Positions 13,754 to 23,700 of a stretch of DNA of 64,000 bases are shown piece after piece. Numbering within the stretch: the stretch's first letter is position 1; every line of letters begins with the position of its first letter. Source of the DNA: an uncultured Planctomycetota bacterium. Its GTDB lineage: Bacteria; Planctomycetota; Planctomycetia; Isosphaerales; Isosphaeraceae. The position numbers and the translations under genes were made by a program. The notes beneath the pieces were generated by a model. It had not been told where the DNA came from and did not search any database. It saw nothing but the letters and a program-made list of their open reading frames with translations. The stretch is taken from positions 7,200,001 through 7,264,000 of the forward strand of contig CAVTTN010000002.1 in NCBI GenBank assembly GCA_963737655.1, given 5' to 3'.

Positions 13754-14036
13754 GGCGAGTCCCGGGGGCCAGAGGGAAGGAGCAGGCAGGGATTCCGGCG
13801 GGGCGGGCAGACACGACCGATTCCCCCCGATTGTACGGGCAGGCGGCCCGGCGATTCCACCGTTTTTTTCGGCAGGGCCGGCCCGGGGCGTCGGTTCTCG
13901 AGCTTCCGGGGGACAGGCAGGGGTGCTGACGGGATCGATTGACGCTATGTGGTCATGTGCGACCGCGTGCGACGATGGAGGCCCCGCCGACCACGCGAGG
14001 AGAGGAACTGGGCCCCCGTGTTGAAGACCCGAGACG

Positions 14037-15716
14037 ATGCCAACTCCCCCCCGGCCCCGCCCCTGGACCGCGCCGATCGCCGTCGTCCTCCTCGCCATGC
14101 TCGTCGCCGTCGCCTTCCTGCCGAGCCTCGGCAACGGTTGGGTGGACTGGGACGACACCGAGAATTATCTGGAGAACGCCCGATTCCGCGGCCTCGGCCC
14201 GGATCAACTCCGCTGGGCCCTCTCGACGTATCACGTGGGGGTCTATCAGCCGCTGTCGTGGATGATCTGCGGGGCGGAATACCTGGCGTTCGGGATGGAC
14301 GCGACGGGTTATCACCTCGTCAGCCTGATCTTCCATGCCCTCAACGCGGGACTGCTCTTCGTGCTGGTCCGGGCGCTGGTCCGGCGATGCCGGCCGGGCC
14401 TGGCGGCGGGATCTCCCGGGGCGGTGGAGGCCGGGGCCTTCCTGGCGACGGCCCTGTTCGCCGTCCACCCGCTGAGGGTGGAGGTGGTGGCGTGGAATTC
14501 GTGCCAGCAGTACTTGCCGGCGGCGTCCTTCGCGATCCTGGCGGCCCTGGCCTACCTCCGGGCCCACCCGGCCGACGGTCCGGGCCGACCGGGCTGGGCG
14601 GCAGCTTCCGGGGTCTTGCTGCTCCTGGGCATGCTCTGCAAGGCGGCGGCGATCGGGGTGGCCGGGGCTTTGGTGGTCCTGGACTTCTATCCCCTGGGGA
14701 GGCTGGGGGGCGGGCCCGGTCGCCTCCTCGGGCCCCGGGCCCGGGGCGTCTGGGCGGAGAAGGTCCCGTTCCTCGCGATGGCCGCGTATTTCTCGGTCCA
14801 GGCCGTCCTCGCCAAGACGTCCAACCAGTCGCTCGTGCCGATCTCGCAATACGGGATCGCGGCCCGGATCGCCCACGCGAGCTTCGGCGTCTTCTTCTAC
14901 CCCTTCAAGACGTTCGTGCCCACTCGCCTGTGCACCAATTACTACCTGCCCGAGGGGTATAACTGGTATCCCTGGCCGGGCTGGCCGGCGATCCTCGGCC
15001 TCCTGGCCGTCTCGGCCGCGATGGTGCGGATTCGCTCGAGACGACCGGCGACGGTCGCGGCGTGGGCCGCTTACCTCGTCCTCCTCGCGCCGAGCCTGGG
15101 CGCGATCCGGATCGGCAGCCAGTACGCGGCCGATCGGTACGTCTACTTCGCCTCGATGCCGTGGACGGCCCTTCTGGCCGGCGGCCTGGCGGCCCTTCTG
15201 GCCCGAGGGCCGGCCTGGCGATGGGGGACGATCGGGACCGCTCTCGCCCTGGTGGCGGCCCTGGGCGCCCTGTCCTGGGGGCTCACCGAGACCTGGAAGG
15301 ACTCGGAGGCGCTCTCGCGCCAGGTCCTGGCCAGCAACCCCGCCCCTCCTCCCGAGACCCTCAACGCCCTGGGCCGGACCCGGGCCCGCCGGGGCGCGGC
15401 GGACGAGGCCGAGGCCCTGTACCGGGACGCCCTCCGACGCGACCCGACTTATGCCCCGGCCCGGGTGAGCCTGGGCCTCCTCCGCCTCGACCAGGGCCGG
15501 TTCGAGGACGCCCTCGCCGAGTTCCGCGAGGCCGCGAGGCTCCGGCCCCTCGACGCCGAGCCCCACATCAACCTCGGAGCGGTCTTCGGGCGGATGGGCC
15601 GGTTGGAGGACGCCTCGGACGAGTTCCGCGAAGCCCTCCGGCTCCGGCCCGACAACCAGATCGCCCGAGAGAACCTCCTGAAGGCCGTCTCGGTCCGCAA
15701 ACGTGTCCCTCGCTGA
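14037..15716 (+). CDS. Multi-TM membrane protein with C-terminal TPRs (TMTC-like GT-C glycosyltransferase)
   Basis: WDD motif, YQPLSW, YHLVSLIFH, LFAVHPLRVEVVAW and ADRYVY, then TPR helices. Confidence 0.8.
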   Translation: MPTPPRPRPWTAPIAVVLLAMLVAVAFLPSLGNGWVDWDDTENYLENARFRGLGPDQLRWALSTYHVGVYQPLSWMICGAEYLAFGMDATGYHLVSLIFHALNAGLLFVLVRALVRRCRPGLAAGSPGAVEAGAFLATALFAVHPLRVEVVAWNSCQQYLPAASFAILAALAYLRAHPADGPGRPGWAAASGVLLLLGMLCKAAAIGVAGALVVLDFYPLGRLGGGPGRLLGPRARGVWAEKVPFLAMAAYFSVQAVLAKTSNQSLVPISQYGIAARIAHASFGVFFYPFKTFVPTRLCTNYYLPEGYNWYPWPGWPAILGLLAVSAAMVRIRSRRPATVAAWAAYLVLLAPSLGAIRIGSQYAADRYVYFASMPWTALLAGGLAALLARGPAWRWGTIGTALALVAALGALSWGLTETWKDSEALSRQVLASNPAPPPETLNALGRTRARRGAADEAEALYRDALRRDPTYAPARVSLGLLRLDQGRFEDALAEFREAARLRPLDAEPHINLGAVFGRMGRLEDASDEFREALRLRPDNQIARENLLKAVSVRKRVPR

Positions 15717-15764
15717 TCGCCCGCTGAACAGGCGACACGTCCCGGGACTCGCACCGGGCGATCC

Positions 15765-16880
15765 TCACGGCCGATCCGGCCTGAGCGCCTTGACGATCGC
15801 CCTCTTCAATTCCAGGGGATCGATCGCCCCCTTGGCCTTGTACAGGATCTCCCCTCCCGGCGCGAGCAGGACGGTATAGGGCAACGAGGCGTCCCACTTG
15901 GGGTCGAACGCTTCCATCATCTTGTACTTGTCCTTGTCGCCGAACAGGACGTTCTTGCCCGACGATTGCTTGTCCTTGAGGAAGTTGAGCACTTCCCCCT
16001 TCTCGTCGGGGAACTGGGCGGCGACGGTCACCATCTCGAACGCCCGGCCGCGATACATCCGGTTGATCGTGACCAGCTCCGGGAACTCGGTGACGCACGG
16101 GCCGCACCAGGTCGCCCAGAAATTCACGAGTCGAACCTTGTTCGTCTCATTCTTGCGGAGCGCCTTCATCGCCTCGACGTCGATCGTCTCGACCGACACC
16201 GGCTCCTTGGCGATCTTGGCCATGAACGCCTTGACCTGATCGGCCTTCCCGGCCCACTTGACCGAGCAGCCGAACGCATTGGTCTTCGCGACGGGCGGCT
16301 CCTTGCCGTCCAGGAGGGCGTCCAGGGCGTTGCGGAGGTCGTGCTTCTTCGCCAGGCCCTCCCTCTCGCTATCATCGATCCGGCCCACGTATCGCAGCTT
16401 GCGATCCGAGTCGAAGACGAACGCCTCGGGGGTGGCCGTCGGGCCGTACTTGCGGGCGACCCCGGTCTTGTCGCCTTCGAACAGGTAGGGGAAGTTGAAC
16501 CCGGCCTGCTTCGCGCGAATCTTCATGTCCTCGAACGAGTCGCCGAGGTCGGTATAGCCCAGCTCGTCCAGCCGGACCGAATTCTCGTCGTTCGGGGAGA
16601 TCGCCACCACCGCCACGGACCGATCCTTGTAATCGTCCACGAGTTTCTTCAGGCGGGTTTCATACGCCTGGGCGGTGGGGCAGTGGTTGCAGGTGAAGAC
16701 GATCACCAGGAGCTTCGACTTCGCGAAGTCGTCGAGCGAATACTCCCTGTCATCGACGCCTTTCAGCTTGAATTCCGGGGCCTTCGCGCCGAGTTCCAGG
16801 GTCGGGAACGAAAGGTCGTCGGCGCGGGCGACGAGGGCGAGGCAGAACGGCAGGAGGGCGACGGCTGCGAGTCGTCTCAT
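15765..16880 (-). CDS. Exported tandem redoxin (AhpC/TSA-like + TlpA-like domains)
   Basis: Signal peptide; FTCNHCPT in the first domain and NFWATWCGPC in the second. Confidence 0.88.
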   Translation of the reverse strand: MRRLAAVALLPFCLALVARADDLSFPTLELGAKAPEFKLKGVDDREYSLDDFAKSKLLVIVFTCNHCPTAQAYETRLKKLVDDYKDRSVAVVAISPNDENSVRLDELGYTDLGDSFEDMKIRAKQAGFNFPYLFEGDKTGVARKYGPTATPEAFVFDSDRKLRYVGRIDDSEREGLAKKHDLRNALDALLDGKEPPVAKTNAFGCSVKWAGKADQVKAFMAKIAKEPVSVETIDVEAMKALRKNETNKVRLVNFWATWCGPCVTEFPELVTINRMYRGRAFEMVTVAAQFPDEKGEVLNFLKDKQSSGKNVLFGDKDKYKMMEAFDPKWDASLPYTVLLAPGGEILYKAKGAIDPLELKRAIVKALRPDRP

Positions 16881-16992
16881 GGCTTGGGGCCTCTCGCGGA
16901 GGAAGAGGGGAGGGGTCGCCCCTCACGGTATCCGTCGGCGGGGGCCTCCGCAACCGGCCGGGCCCGGCGGGGCGGACTCGGCCGGCATGTCC

Positions 16993-19947
16993 TCACCTGG
17001 ACCTGGCCTGCCACAGGGCGGCCTTTTCGGGCTGGCCCAGGGCGTCGTAAATCCGGGCGAGGGTGTTGGAGGCGACGATGAGCCGGGCCCTGGCGTGGGG
17101 CGGGAGGCGACCTTCCAGGGCCTTGAGCCCTTCATACCCTTCGAGGAGGAACGGCTCGGCCTCGGCGTACTTCTTCTGGCCTTCGAGGGCCTCGCCAAGC
17201 ATCATCCGTCCCAGGAAGCGGTTCGGGTCGTCGTCCCGTCTCTGGTCGAGGGAGATGGACTCGCGGAGGAACGGCTCGGCCTCGGCGTACTTCTTCTGGC
17301 CGCAGAGGTTCTGGCCCAGCCCGCCCAGGGCCAGCGCCAGGTCGGGTTTGATGGCCTGCTTCGACTGCCGGAGGCTCCGCAGGAAGGCCCGGTGGATGGG
17401 CTCGGCCTTCTCGAACTGGCCGCCCAGCTCGTAGGCCCGGGCCAGGACGAACTGGACCTGGACGGCGTCGGGGTGGTCGCCGCCGTTCTTCGCCAGGACC
17501 CGGGGCAGGGTCGGTTCCAGGAGGGTCACGGCCTCGGCCGGGCGGCCGGCGGCCAGGTTCATCACCGCGAGGTTGACCCGTTGAGTGGTCGTGCGCTCGT
17601 GGTCCAGGCCATATTTCGCCTCATAGATCGTCAACAATTCCTTCGCCAGAGGGATCGCCCTCTCCGGCTGGCCCGAGCGGCTATAGGCCCCGGCGAGGTT
17701 GGCGCGAACGGCCAGGGTCAGGGGATGATCGGGGGCGAATTTCGCCGGGAGCAGACGGAGGTTGGCTTCGTGGAGCCGGATGGCGTCGGCGGACCGACCC
17801 AGGCCCTGGTAGGTGACGGCCAGGGTGTTGCGGATGCCGATCACGTCGGCGTGGCCCTCGCCGAACCGGGCCTCGCTGAGGAGGAGACCTCGCTCCAGGA
17901 GGGGCACGGCGTCGCCGGGCCGGGACGCTTGCAGGTAGGCCGAGGCGAGGTTGCTCCGGGTGATCGTCACGATCCGGGCGTCGGGATCGACTCCTGCCTC
18001 CGCGTTCTTGAGGTTCGCGGCGAACAGGGCGACGGCTTCTTCGAGACGGCCCGAGGCGCGGAGGGCGTCGGCCTGGGCGTTCCGGGCCCGGAGGGTGTCG
18101 TGGTGACGAGGGCCGAGCCGGGCCTCGATCCGGTCGGCGGCCTCTTCGATCGCCGGAAGGGCGTCCTTCCAGCGCCCCCTCATGGTCTGGGCCACGGCCA
18201 GATGAACCTGGGCCGAGAGGGTTGCCGGGTTATCCGGGCCGAGGGTCTTCCGACGGTCGGCGACCAGCTCGAGGAAGATGGGTTCGGATTTCGCCGGGAG
18301 GCCGAGCCCTTCGTAGACCTTGCCCAGGGCATCCAGGAGCGCGGCCCGGAGCTCGGGCGAGACCCGGGTCGGGCCGTCCAGGTCGTCTCGGAGCCGGTCC
18401 AGGACGTCCACGACCTTGACCTCGGAGCCGGCCCGGCCGGGGTCGGCGCGGCCCAGGGTCGTCACCAGGAGGTCGGTGACCCCTTCGGCCCGCTCCTTCT
18501 CGCGGTCGGACCGTTCCAGGGCCCTGGTCGTGAGCGCCTGGGCCTTTCGGGTCTCGCCCAGGGCCACATTCGCCCGGATCGCCTGCCAGACGCTGATCGT
18601 CGTCCCCAGGACCAGCGACGCGGCCAGCAGGGCCGCCCCGACGAGCTGGCCCCGGTACTTCCGGGCGAGCTTGCCGAGCCGGTACGAGGCGCTGGGCGGG
18701 CCCGCCTCCACGGGGTCGCCCTGGAGGTGGCGGCCGATGTCCTGAGCGAGGGCCTCGGGCGTCTCATACCGGCGGGCCCGGTCTTTTTCCAGGGCCTTCA
18801 TGACGATCCAGTCCAGGTCGCCGCGGACGAGCCTCCGGAGCCTCGCCGGCTCGGTGCTCCGGGAGGAGGAGAGGCCGGGCAGGGCGTCGCCCGAGTCGTC
18901 CAGGCGGAGGCTGGGGCGGGGCGGCTCCTCCTCGCGGACCCGCCGGAGGATCGCCTCCAGGGCCGTCCGCCGGAGGCTCGCCCGGTCCAGGGGCGTCGTC
19001 CCGACGAGGAGCTCGTACAGGAGGGCCCCGAGCGAGTACACGTCGGTCCGGGTGTCGATGTCCAGCCCCCCCAGGCCCGCCTGCTCGGGGCTCATGTATT
19101 CGGGCGTCCCCACGATCGCGCCGTCCTGGGTCAACATCGTGGCCTCGGCCCCGAGCCGATCGGTCGCCTTGGCGATCCCGAAGTCGATCACCTTCGGCAC
19201 CGGCCGGCCATCCACGAGCGTGACCAGGACGTTCGACGGCTTGATGTCGCGATGGATGATCCCTTTCTGATGGGCATGCTGGATCGCCCGGCAGACCGGG
19301 ACGAACAATTCCAGCCGCTCCCGGGGGGAGAGTCGGGCGGAATCGGCGAACCGGGTGATCGGCGCGCCCTCGACCGGCTCCATCACGAAGAAGGGGCGGC
19401 CGGAGTCGGTCGCCCCGGCGTCGTAGACCCTCGCGATGTTCGGGTGGTCGAGGATCGCCAGGGCCTGACGCTCGGCCTCGAACCGGGCGACGACCTGCGC
19501 GGTGTCCATCCCGGCCTTGATGACCTTCAGCGCGACCTTCCGGCGGACGGGCACCTCCTGGGCGGCGAGGAAGACGGTGCCCATCCCCCCCTCGCCCAGC
19601 TTCGAGAGCAGCAGGTACGGGCCGATCCGGCTGCCGGGGCCCTCGTCGATCGCTCGGCCCGAGGCGGAGGGGATCGCGGCGTAAGATTTGGTGTTACTAG
19701 AGGTTGTCGCGTCGGGATCGACCTCGTCGGTGGTCTCGGGGCCTCTCGGGGCCTCGTCCCGAGGCGTCTCCGGAGGGGTCGCGAGGAAGTCGCCGGCCCG
19801 GCCGTGGGCGTCCAGAAGCTCCTGGACCTGCGCCCTCAGGGAGGGATCGGCGGCGCAGGCCCCGTCGAGGTACTCGGACCGCTCCGGCCCGTCGGCCCGG
19901 GCCAGCGCCTCGGAGAAGATCGACTTCAGGTCGTTGGAGGGCGTCAT
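16993..19947 (-). CDS. Hanks-type Ser/Thr protein kinase with TM segment and TPR region
   Basis: LGEGGMGTV, VALK, HRDIKPSN, DFG and GTPEYMSPEQ; TM segment; repeated HP...LA TPR units. Confidence 0.95.
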   Translation of the reverse strand: MTPSNDLKSIFSEALARADGPERSEYLDGACAADPSLRAQVQELLDAHGRAGDFLATPPETPRDEAPRGPETTDEVDPDATTSSNTKSYAAIPSASGRAIDEGPGSRIGPYLLLSKLGEGGMGTVFLAAQEVPVRRKVALKVIKAGMDTAQVVARFEAERQALAILDHPNIARVYDAGATDSGRPFFVMEPVEGAPITRFADSARLSPRERLELFVPVCRAIQHAHQKGIIHRDIKPSNVLVTLVDGRPVPKVIDFGIAKATDRLGAEATMLTQDGAIVGTPEYMSPEQAGLGGLDIDTRTDVYSLGALLYELLVGTTPLDRASLRRTALEAILRRVREEEPPRPSLRLDDSGDALPGLSSSRSTEPARLRRLVRGDLDWIVMKALEKDRARRYETPEALAQDIGRHLQGDPVEAGPPSASYRLGKLARKYRGQLVGAALLAASLVLGTTISVWQAIRANVALGETRKAQALTTRALERSDREKERAEGVTDLLVTTLGRADPGRAGSEVKVVDVLDRLRDDLDGPTRVSPELRAALLDALGKVYEGLGLPAKSEPIFLELVADRRKTLGPDNPATLSAQVHLAVAQTMRGRWKDALPAIEEAADRIEARLGPRHHDTLRARNAQADALRASGRLEEAVALFAANLKNAEAGVDPDARIVTITRSNLASAYLQASRPGDAVPLLERGLLLSEARFGEGHADVIGIRNTLAVTYQGLGRSADAIRLHEANLRLLPAKFAPDHPLTLAVRANLAGAYSRSGQPERAIPLAKELLTIYEAKYGLDHERTTTQRVNLAVMNLAAGRPAEAVTLLEPTLPRVLAKNGGDHPDAVQVQFVLARAYELGGQFEKAEPIHRAFLRSLRQSKQAIKPDLALALGGLGQNLCGQKKYAEAEPFLRESISLDQRRDDDPNRFLGRMMLGEALEGQKKYAEAEPFLLEGYEGLKALEGRLPPHARARLIVASNTLARIYDALGQPEKAALWQARSR
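17145..17301. repeat. 37-bp perfect direct repeat (two copies, 120-bp period) in the kinase TPR region
   Basis: ggaggaacggctcggcctcggcgtacttcttctggcc at 17145-17181 and 17265-17301, encoding GQKKYAEAEPFL twice. Confidence 0.9.
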
Positions 19948-20055
19948 CGCCGGGGACCTCCGGGATTGGGGGGAAGGCCGAGGGCCGGTCGGAGGGCCCC
20001 TCGTCCCGGACCATGCTCCGTCCGGGGCCGAGGACCGTCACGGGCCTCGGCGAAT

Positions 20056-20616
20056 TCAAGAAACTCCCAGCTCGCGGAACAGCCACGCCCGGGCGAACGC
20101 CCAGTCGCGCTCGGCCGTCCGAGACGCCACCCCCAGGGCCCCGGCGGCCTCCTCCAGCGACAGCCCGGCGAAGAGGCGGAGCTTCACCAGGTCCGCCCCT
20201 TGGGGATCGAGCCGGGCCAGCCGGCCCAGGGCGTCATCCAGGTCCAGGAGGTCCTCGGGCCTCGCATCGTCACCGACGAGGGAACCCAGGTCCAGGCCCT
20301 CCCGACGACGCCCGCCCCCTCGCTTCAGCCGCTTCCGGTCTCGGGCGCGATCGATCAGGATCCGCCTCATGGCCTCGGCCGCCGCGGCGAAGAAGTGGCC
20401 CCGGCCGTCCCAGAGATCGCCCCGGCCGCCGCCGACCAGCCGGAGGTACGCCTCGTGGACCAGGGCCGTCGGCGCAAGCGTCTGCCCCGGGGCCTCCCGG
20501 GCCAGGCGGGCGGCGGCCAGGCGCCGAAGCTCGTCGTAGACCAACGGCAGGAGTTCCTCGGGGGCCCGAAGGTCGCCCTCCTCGATCGCCCGGGGCCTCC
20601 GCGTCTCGTCGCTCAT
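20056..20616 (-). CDS. ECF sigma factor, kinase-associated type (TIGR02999/ECF43-like)
   Basis: LLPLVYDELRRLAA, TLAPTALVHEAYLRL, HFFAAAAEAMRRILID and RDWAFARAWL; lies directly upstream of the kinase. Confidence 0.92.
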   Translation of the reverse strand: MSDETRRPRAIEEGDLRAPEELLPLVYDELRRLAAARLAREAPGQTLAPTALVHEAYLRLVGGGRGDLWDGRGHFFAAAAEAMRRILIDRARDRKRLKRGGGRRREGLDLGSLVGDDARPEDLLDLDDALGRLARLDPQGADLVKLRLFAGLSLEEAAGALGVASRTAERDWAFARAWLFRELGVS

Positions 20617-20698
20617 GGCCGATCGCCGATCCTTCCCGCCTTCGCCCGGTCCGCCGATCTCTCCAGGATGCCGGGTCGGTCGCGAGAAGTCCGATGAT

Positions 20699-20727
20699 TT
20701 CCCGCAAGAGACCGCGAATGGTATGGT
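20699..20727 (+). promoter_or_regulatory. Possible sigma70 promoter of the glucan synthase gene
   Basis: TTCCCG-17 bp-TATGGT with an extended TG, about 70 bp before the ATG at 20800. Confidence 0.35.
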
Positions 20728-20799
20728 AGGGGGACGGCGGCCTTCGGCCGTCTCCTTCCTTCCGTCGGGTCGGCGGTCTTCTGGGGGCTTCGCACCGGG

Positions 20800-23700
20800 A
20801 TGAGCGTCACTTCCGTCGAGGCGGCCTTGCCGCCGGCGATCTCGTCGCTGGGCCGACCTCTGATCGACCCGGATGCCGAAGGGCCAATCCGGGCCGAGAT
20901 TTATGGCCTCGACCGGCTGGAGGCCCACGCCCGGGCCCTGGCCTCCTCCTGCGACCTGCTCCCCCCTCGGAGACGCGGCAGCCCCTTGCTCCGCCGCTTC
21001 GAGGACAACGGCCGGGTCCTCCTCCGCGTCCATTCGCGGATCATCGCCGCCGAGGAGACCGACGAGGCCCGGTCCATCGACGCCGAATGGCTCGCCGACA
21101 ACTTCCACATCGTCGAGGACGTCCTCCGAGAAGTCCGCCACGACCTGCCCCCCGGCTACGACGGCGAATTGCCCAAGCTCGCCAGCCCCCCGCTTCGCGG
21201 CTACCCCCGCGTCTTCGCCGTTGCGCTGGCGGTGGTCGCCCATTCCGACAGCGAACTCGACGAGACCAGGATCACCCAGTTCGTCGAGGCCTTCCAGGAA
21301 GTCGCCCTCCTGACCATCGGCGAACTCTGGGCCTTGCCCACCATGCTCCGCCTGGTCCTGGTGGAGAACCTCCGCCGCCTGGCCGAGCAGATGATCTTTC
21401 GCCGGGACGAACGCAAGCGAGCCGAGGCGTTCGCCGAGGGCGTGCTCGTGCCCGGGGCCTCGGCCGCCGAGGTCCGCAGCGTCCCCTCGCCCACCGACCC
21501 CTCCGACCCGTTCATCGTCCGCTTGCTGCAACTCTTTCGCGATCAAGGATCTTCGGCGTCGTCGGCCCTCGATCGCCTGGAGGCCCAGCTCGAATCCCGG
21601 GGGCTGGACGCGAACGAGACCCTCCGCCGCGAGCATCGCCGGCAGGCCGCAAATCAAGTCTCCGTCGGCAATTGCGTGACGAGCCTGCGGCTCCTCTCGG
21701 CCCTGGACTGGAATTCCTTCTTCGAACGGGTCAGCCGGGTCGAGGCGATCCTCCGCGACGACCCCTCGGGCGTGTATGCACTCCAGGATTTCCCGACACG
21801 CGACCGCCAGCGCAAGAGCGTGGAGACCATCGCCCGCCGGTCCGGCGCCGATGAGCAAGACGTTGCGCGGAGGGCCATCCAGAGGGCCGTCGAGGGGGCG
21901 TCCGACGGCCCTCGACGCGGCCATGTGGGCTTCTATCTGCTCGAAACCGGCAGCACGCCCCTGAAACGCGAATTCGGCTATCGGGCGGTCGGCCGCGAGC
22001 GGCTCCTGGACTGGACTCGATCGCACCCCAGGCTCGTCTATTTCGGCTCGATCGTCGGCCTGCTCGCCATCCTCACGCTCGGATTGGCCGCGGCGGGGCT
22101 CGGCGGCTCCTTCGGGACTTTTTGGCTGATCGCGGCCGTCCTGGCACTTCTGCTTCCCATGAGCGAGGTGGCGGTCGGGCTGGTCAATCATTTGCTCACC
22201 CTGTTCCTCCCGCCTCGGGTCCTGGCGAAGCTCGAATTCAAGGACGGCCTGCCGGCCGATTGCCCGACCATCGTCGTGATGCCCAGCATGCTCGTCCGCC
22301 CCCAGAGCGCCTCGGCCCTCCTGGAACGGCTCGAAATTCACTATCTCGCCAATCCCGACCCGTCGCTCCGGTTTGCCCTGTTGACCGATTTTGCCGACGC
22401 CGACTCCGAGAATCGCCCCGAGGACGAGGGGTATCTCCGGGATGCTCTCGACCGCGTCCGGCTATTCAACGACCGCTACTCGCCCGACGGCCCCCCGAAG
22501 TTCTTCCTCTTTCATCGGCGGAGAGTCTGGAACCCCGGTCAAGGGCGCTGGATGGGTTGGGAGCGTAAACGAGGCAAACTGTCCGAGTTCAATCGACTGG
22601 TCCGGGGGGCGTCCGATACGACCTATTCGACGCTGAGTGCCGATCCCTCTCTGTTGAAAAACGTTCGGTTCGTCATCACGCTCGACGCCGACACCCAGAT
22701 GCCCCGCGACACCGCCCGGAGGATGGTCGGGACGATCGCGCATCCCCTGAACCGGCCCCGGTTTGACGCCACAAGTGGCCGGGTGGTCGAGGGGTACGGC
22801 GTCTTGCAGCCCCGGGTGAGCTTCCACCTGACCGCGGCCACCCATTCGCGGTTCGCGGCGTTGCTGGCCTCATCGGGCGGGATCGACCCCTACTCCACGG
22901 CGGCCAGCGATGCCTACATGGACCTGTTCGGCCTCGGAAGTTTCACCGGCAAGGGGATTTACGACCTCGACGCCTTCGAGGCCGCCACCGGCCACACCTT
23001 CCCCGAGAACCAGATCCTCAGCCACGACCTGATTGAAGGCAACTTCGCGCGCTGCGGCCTGCTTTCCGATACCGAGCTGTTCGACGACTTCCCGGCCCGC
23101 TACCACGCCTACGCCCGCCGCGAACATCGCTGGGTCCGCGGCGACTGGCAGCTCCTCCCCTGGCTCGGAGGGACGGTGCCGACGGCGTCCGGCCGTCGCC
23201 CGAACACCTTGCCGGCCCTGGAGAAATGGAAACTCTTCGACAACCTGAGGCGGAGCCTGGTCCCGCCCGCCCTGGTCGTCTTCCTGGCCCTGGGCTGGAC
23301 GGTCTTGCCCGGCTCTCCCCTGGCCTGGACCCTGTTCGCCCTGCTCGTCCCGGCCGTTCCTCTGGTCCAGCTCGTCCTGGGCACCCTGATCGGGGCGGCC
23401 CGGTCGCGGTCGCTGGCCGGGTTCAAGCGATGGCCGGACGCCGTCCCGGCCACCCTGGGCCAGGTCGGCCTCTCGATCGTCTTCCTCGCCGACCAGGCCC
23501 GCCACCTCGTCGATGCCACGCTCCGCACCCTGTTCCGCCTGTTCATTTCGCGAAAGAACATGCTCGAATGGGAAACCGCGGCCTCGACCGAGCGGCGTTT
23601 GGGCACGGGCTTGCTTAGTTTCTTCGGGACGATGTGGCCGGCGCCGTTCCTGGCGCTGGCGATCCTGGCCGTGGTCGCCAATGTCCGGCCCGGGGCGTTG

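Noticed and set aside
17145..17301. 37-bp direct repeats resembling a mini CRISPR
   Set aside because: Only two copies, in frame within TPR coding sequence with a 120-bp period, and no cas genes.
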